Of a stretch of DNA of 64,000 bases, positions 60,386 to 64,000 are shown in pieces (positions within the stretch are counted from its first letter, which is position 1; each line of letters opens with the position of its first letter). Under the pieces are notes generated by a model. The model worked only from the letters and a program-made list of their open reading frames with translations, was not told the origin of the DNA and made no database searches. A program made the position numbers and the translations under genes. The DNA comes from Longimicrobiales bacterium (GTDB lineage: Bacteria > Gemmatimonadota > Gemmatimonadetes > Longimicrobiales > Gaopeijiaceae): assembly GCA_965226375.1 (NCBI GenBank), contig CBDDCX010000007.1:416001-480000 (forward strand), read 5' to 3'.

Positions 60386-60521
60386 CGATAGCTCGCGAAG
60401 GCCGAATCCGCAGCCGTGCGAGCACCGGAGTGTGTAACGGTCGGGGTTCGCCGCTTACACGGCCCGCGTTAGCTTGTGGCTCCGCGGTCGCACGGATCAG
60501 AGGCGGCAAGCGAAGCCAAGG

Positions 60522-61841
60522 ATGGATCTCCATGTCGGCCGGCGTCTCCGCATGGCGGAAATAGTCGACCTCCTTACCGAAGCCCGGGCACGCACGCTCC
60601 TGCTCGTGAGTACCGTGTCGGACGAGGACCTGCTCGTCCAGCACGATCCTCTGATGAGCCCCATCATCTGGGATCTCGGTCATATCGGCCACTTCGAAGA
60701 CGTCTGGCTGGTGGAGAGCGTCGACGGTGGTTCTGATGGGTCCGAGGGGCTACGCGGCATGTACGATCCGGTCGAAAATCCACGAAGCGTCAGAGCCGCT
60801 CTGGAACTGCCCGGGCTTGGCGAGTGCGAGGAATCCCTGGACCGGATCCGTTCCAACGTGGCCGACCTGCTCCCATCGTTGGACCTGGAGGGGGACGACC
60901 CTTTGCTGCGGAACGGGTTCGTCTTTCGCATGGTGCTGCAGCACGAGTATCAGCACAACGAGACGATACTGCAGACGCTTCAGTTGAAGCGTGGTGACCC
61001 GTATTGTCCTCGGGAGCGGTGGCCGATACCAGACGCGCCGACAGCCCACCCGTTCGATACCATGGTACTTTTTCCGGGTGGACGGGTGGACATCGGCAGT
61101 GACGATAGGAGCACCACGTACGACAATGAGAGGCCGCGGCACGACGTCGATCTCGCTCCTTTCCTGATCGACGCGGCACCCGTAACCGAGGGACAGTACA
61201 GTGATTTTGTGGCGGTGGGAGGCTACCAGTTGCGGGATCACTGGTCGGATCAGGGCTGGGCCTGGCTCCAGGAGACCGGAGTCGAAGCTCCCGAGCACTG
61301 GGGGCGGGATGGCGAAGGATGGACGGTGCGGACCATGGATCGAGTCCGAGCTCTCGACCCGCGGCGGCCTGTCTGCCATGTGTGCTTTCATGAAGCCGAG
61401 GCGTATGCGCGGTTTGCAGGCAAGAGGCTCCCTACCGAGCTCGAGTGGGAGGCGGCGGCTACTTGGGATCCCGAGACCGGGTCCAAGCGTTCTTATCCCT
61501 GGGGTACTGACGCTCCTACTCGCGAGATCGCGAACATCGACGCCCTCACCTTCCAAACGGCTCCGGTCGGGAGTTATCCACGCAACGTGTCACCCATCGG
61601 GTGTTACGGCATGATCGGGGATGTCTGGGAGTGGACGTCGTCCGACTTCCGAGGGTACGCCGGCTACGAGATGTTTCCTTACCCCGAATACTCGCAGGCT
61701 TTCTTCGGTGCGGAGTACAGGGTGCTTCGCGGCGGTGCCTGGGCCACACGTGCGGGAGCCATCCGGGGTACGTTCAGAAACTGGGATTACCCCATCCGTC
61801 GTCAGATCTTCAGTGGGCTCCGATGCGCTCAGGACGCTTGA
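60522..61841 (+). CDS. egtB: Ergothioneine biosynthesis sulfoxide synthase
   Basis: DinB-like domain (MSPIIWDLGH, QHEYQH) plus FGE-like domain (GKRLPTELEWE, GDVWEWT, YPEYS, RNWDYPIRRQIFSG). Confidence 0.92.
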   Translation: MDLHVGRRLRMAEIVDLLTEARARTLLLVSTVSDEDLLVQHDPLMSPIIWDLGHIGHFEDVWLVESVDGGSDGSEGLRGMYDPVENPRSVRAALELPGLGECEESLDRIRSNVADLLPSLDLEGDDPLLRNGFVFRMVLQHEYQHNETILQTLQLKRGDPYCPRERWPIPDAPTAHPFDTMVLFPGGRVDIGSDDRSTTYDNERPRHDVDLAPFLIDAAPVTEGQYSDFVAVGGYQLRDHWSDQGWAWLQETGVEAPEHWGRDGEGWTVRTMDRVRALDPRRPVCHVCFHEAEAYARFAGKRLPTELEWEAAATWDPETGSKRSYPWGTDAPTREIANIDALTFQTAPVGSYPRNVSPIGCYGMIGDVWEWTSSDFRGYAGYEMFPYPEYSQAFFGAEYRVLRGGAWATRAGAIRGTFRNWDYPIRRQIFSGLRCAQDA

Positions 61842-61848
61842 GGACTGT

Positions 61849-62814
61849 ATGGTGATTCAAATAGAGGCCGGCGCTCGTGCCCGTATGCTCGACGACGCTC
61901 GTTGGGGTCTGACCCAACCTCAAAAGCAGCTTTCGCCCAAGTACTTCTACGATACGCGGGGCTCGGAGTTGTTCGAGGCGATCACCGACCTCGATGAGTA
62001 CTATCTGACCCGGTCGGAGAGGTACCTGCTCCGGGGCGAGGTGACCCACTGGGTGGCCGATCTGGCTCCAGCTTCCCTGGTGGAACTCGGCGCCGGTAGC
62101 GCTCAGAAGACCCGGATTCTCCTGTCGGCCATGCTTGAGGCCGGGCCGGAACGGATCTACGCGCCCGTGGACGTCGCGGGTGAGTTTCTCAATGCCACCG
62201 CGACCGCACTGCACGAAGACTATCCCTCGCTGGCCATTCGGCCACAGGTGAAAGACATCACGACTCCGCTGGATTTTACCGAGGACTTGTCCCCGCCGGT
62301 GCTGTTCGCCTTGCTGGGCAGTACGCTCGGGAACTTCGAGCCCGGAGCCGACGTGGGCCTCCTAGCCAATGTGCGGTCATCCATGAAAGAGGGTGATTCC
62401 TTCGTGATGGGTGCCGACCTCAGACCGGGTCCCGGGAAGAGCGTCGAGCGACTCGAAGCGGCATATAACGACTCCCACGGTGTGACCGAGGAGTTCAATC
62501 TCAACATTCTTGCGAACCTCAACCGAGAGATCGGGACCGACTTCAACCTCTCCGCTTTCCACCATCATGCGTTCTATTCCGTCGAGTTCGGGCGCATCGA
62601 GATGCACCTCGTGGCCCTGAGCCCACAGGAGGTGGGGATTCCGGGTGCAGAGCCCATTCGGATCGCCGAGGGAGAGTCGATCCGCACGGAGCTCAGTTGC
62701 AAGTACGATCGCCCGACCGTTGACGAACTGTTCTCCAGGTCCGGGCTTCGGGTAGATCGGTGGTGCGAGGATGAGGGCGGGCTCTACGCGATGGCGCTCG
62801 GATTGCCCGTGTGA
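61849..62814 (+). CDS. egtD: L-histidine N-alpha-methyltransferase
   Basis: PKYFYD..GSELFE, YYLTR, ELGAGS, GSTLGN, AYNDSHGVT, RIEMHL, TELSCKY. Confidence 0.94.
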   Translation: MVIQIEAGARARMLDDARWGLTQPQKQLSPKYFYDTRGSELFEAITDLDEYYLTRSERYLLRGEVTHWVADLAPASLVELGAGSAQKTRILLSAMLEAGPERIYAPVDVAGEFLNATATALHEDYPSLAIRPQVKDITTPLDFTEDLSPPVLFALLGSTLGNFEPGADVGLLANVRSSMKEGDSFVMGADLRPGPGKSVERLEAAYNDSHGVTEEFNLNILANLNREIGTDFNLSAFHHHAFYSVEFGRIEMHLVALSPQEVGIPGAEPIRIAEGESIRTELSCKYDRPTVDELFSRSGLRVDRWCEDEGGLYAMALGLPV

Positions 62815-62832
62815 CGCGGCGGGAGCCAAGGC

Positions 62833-63579
62833 TCACAGACTGAGTTGCAGAACCTGATGGGCGTCGAGCGGCTTCCACGAGGCATCGTCGTCAAGGCACT
62901 CCGACGCGAGGAGGGTCCCACCCGGCGCCGTGGGGTGGCCGGCGGCGATGTACAACGCATTGGTGTTCTCGACCGAGGCGGTTCGTAGGGCGGCGAGGCC
63001 CTGGCCGTCCGCCAGTATCATGGTGAGTTGGGCCTGATGCTCTCCGTGCAGAGTTTCGATCACGACACTCCGCACGTGGTCGAGGGCGCCACCGAGGCTG
63101 GCGCCTTCTCGGAGGGCCGCTAATGCGAGTAGAAACAGAGTCTCAGTGTCGGATGCACCGGCGAGCTCCCCGTACAGGTCGTCGGGGAGGCCGGAGCGCA
63201 GGGTTCTCATGTAGCTCCCCCTGAAATCTTCCACGAAGCCGTTCAATACAAAGCTCCATCGTCCATGGGTCATCGGCAGGCTCCCGCTGTCGTCCAGGGG
63301 AATTCCGGGGGTCGTGTTCCGGACGGCGGCGAGTATCATCCGTGAGTTGCTCGTTGCGAGGACGCCTTGCAGGTCCCCGTCCTGCCAGATGGGTCGGGAG
63401 CCGCCCGTTCGCACCGGTGTGTCACCGCGGTACCACACGACTCCGTATCCGTCCGCATTGACGCTCCCGGACGTGAGTTCCCGCGGAAGGTAACTCTGCT
63501 CGTAGAGGGAGTGGCTTCCTCCGAAGACCAGAGCGTCGACCTTCAGCGGGTCCCCGACATACGCGGTGAGCCGGCACAT
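62833..63579 (-). CDS. egtC: Class II (Ntn) amidohydrolase, EgtC-like
   Basis: N-terminal MCRL, QSYLP, NADGYGVVWY, VRNTT, NG, SDTE; adjacent to egtBD. Confidence 0.85.
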   Translation of the reverse strand: MCRLTAYVGDPLKVDALVFGGSHSLYEQSYLPRELTSGSVNADGYGVVWYRGDTPVRTGGSRPIWQDGDLQGVLATSNSRMILAAVRNTTPGIPLDDSGSLPMTHGRWSFVLNGFVEDFRGSYMRTLRSGLPDDLYGELAGASDTETLFLLALAALREGASLGGALDHVRSVVIETLHGEHQAQLTMILADGQGLAALRTASVENTNALYIAAGHPTAPGGTLLASECLDDDASWKPLDAHQVLQLSL

Positions 63580-63581
63580 GG

Positions 63582-64000
63582 TCAGCTGGGCGGGTTCGTG
63601 CCGGCCAGAAGGTCCGGGAGACGATCCATGTCGACGTTGCCGCCGCTGAGCACGGCCACCACCGGCCCATCGGTCAGCGGGATCTTCCCGGTGAGCAGAG
63701 CCGCTACGGCGGCGGCCCCGGCCGGCTCGGTGAGCAGTTTCGCACGGGCGAGAATCAGGGCCATAGCCTCCCGGATTTCGCTGTCGCTCACCAGAACCAC
63801 GTCTTCCACGTGTTGTTGCACGATCTCGTAGTTGAGTTCGCCCGCCATGGGTGCTCCCAGGCCGTCGGCGACCGTCTTTACTTCGTCCAGGGTGACAGCC
63901 TTACCCTTATCTAGACTTTGCCGCATGGCACACGCTCCCTCCGGCTCGACACCGAAGACGCGAGTCTTCGGACTGAGACTCGCGATCGCCAGAGCCACCC
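63582..64000 (-). CDS. Threonine/serine dehydratase-family PLP enzyme, C-terminal part
   Basis: GVEPEG, TVADGL, EPAGAAAVAA, LSGGN; runs off the window edge. Confidence 0.9.
   Translation of the reverse strand, partial: VALAIASLSPKTRVFGVEPEGACAMRQSLDKGKAVTLDEVKTVADGLGAPMAGELNYEIVQQHVEDVVLVSDSEIREAMALILARAKLLTEPAGAAAVAALLTGKIPLTDGPVVAVLSGGNVDMDRLPDLLAGTNPPS

Noticed and set aside
60522..62814. Selenoneine (senABC) pathway, given the selenoprotein nearby
   Set aside because: No SenB glycosyltransferase or SelD/SenC in the cluster; EgtB motifs and egtC fit sulfur ergothioneine synthesis.

Overview
GC-rich bacterial chromosomal window. The protein families and gene order resemble Gemmatimonadota; this is an inference, not a database result. 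Housekeeping and accessory content: 3' part of recN, tRNA-Gly(GCC)/tRNA-Cys(GCA), several transporters, GlnRS-YqeY, rho, a tesA/ybbA/ybbP-like locus, c-di-GMP genes and two tandem VPS10/BNR beta-propeller proteins. Also present: a histidine-utilisation cluster (hutH remnant, hutU, ftcd, hutI), wecE interrupted by an IS481-family element, and an ergothioneine cluster (egtB, egtD, egtC) divergent from a betaine-type ABC importer. Most notable points: (1) an AhpD-like gene split by the ORF track is one reading frame with a CxxU motif and a SECIS-like hairpin, so it is a probable selenoprotein; it overlaps a doubly deleted hutH minigene, which in turn overlaps hutU. (2) FTCD carries an inserted C2H2 zinc-finger-like motif. 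(3) The egt genes are paired with a candidate ergothioneine/hercynine importer. (4) Many genes show lesions (deletions, tandem duplications, 1-bp indels, an IS insertion), indicating genome decay and/or assembly errors.
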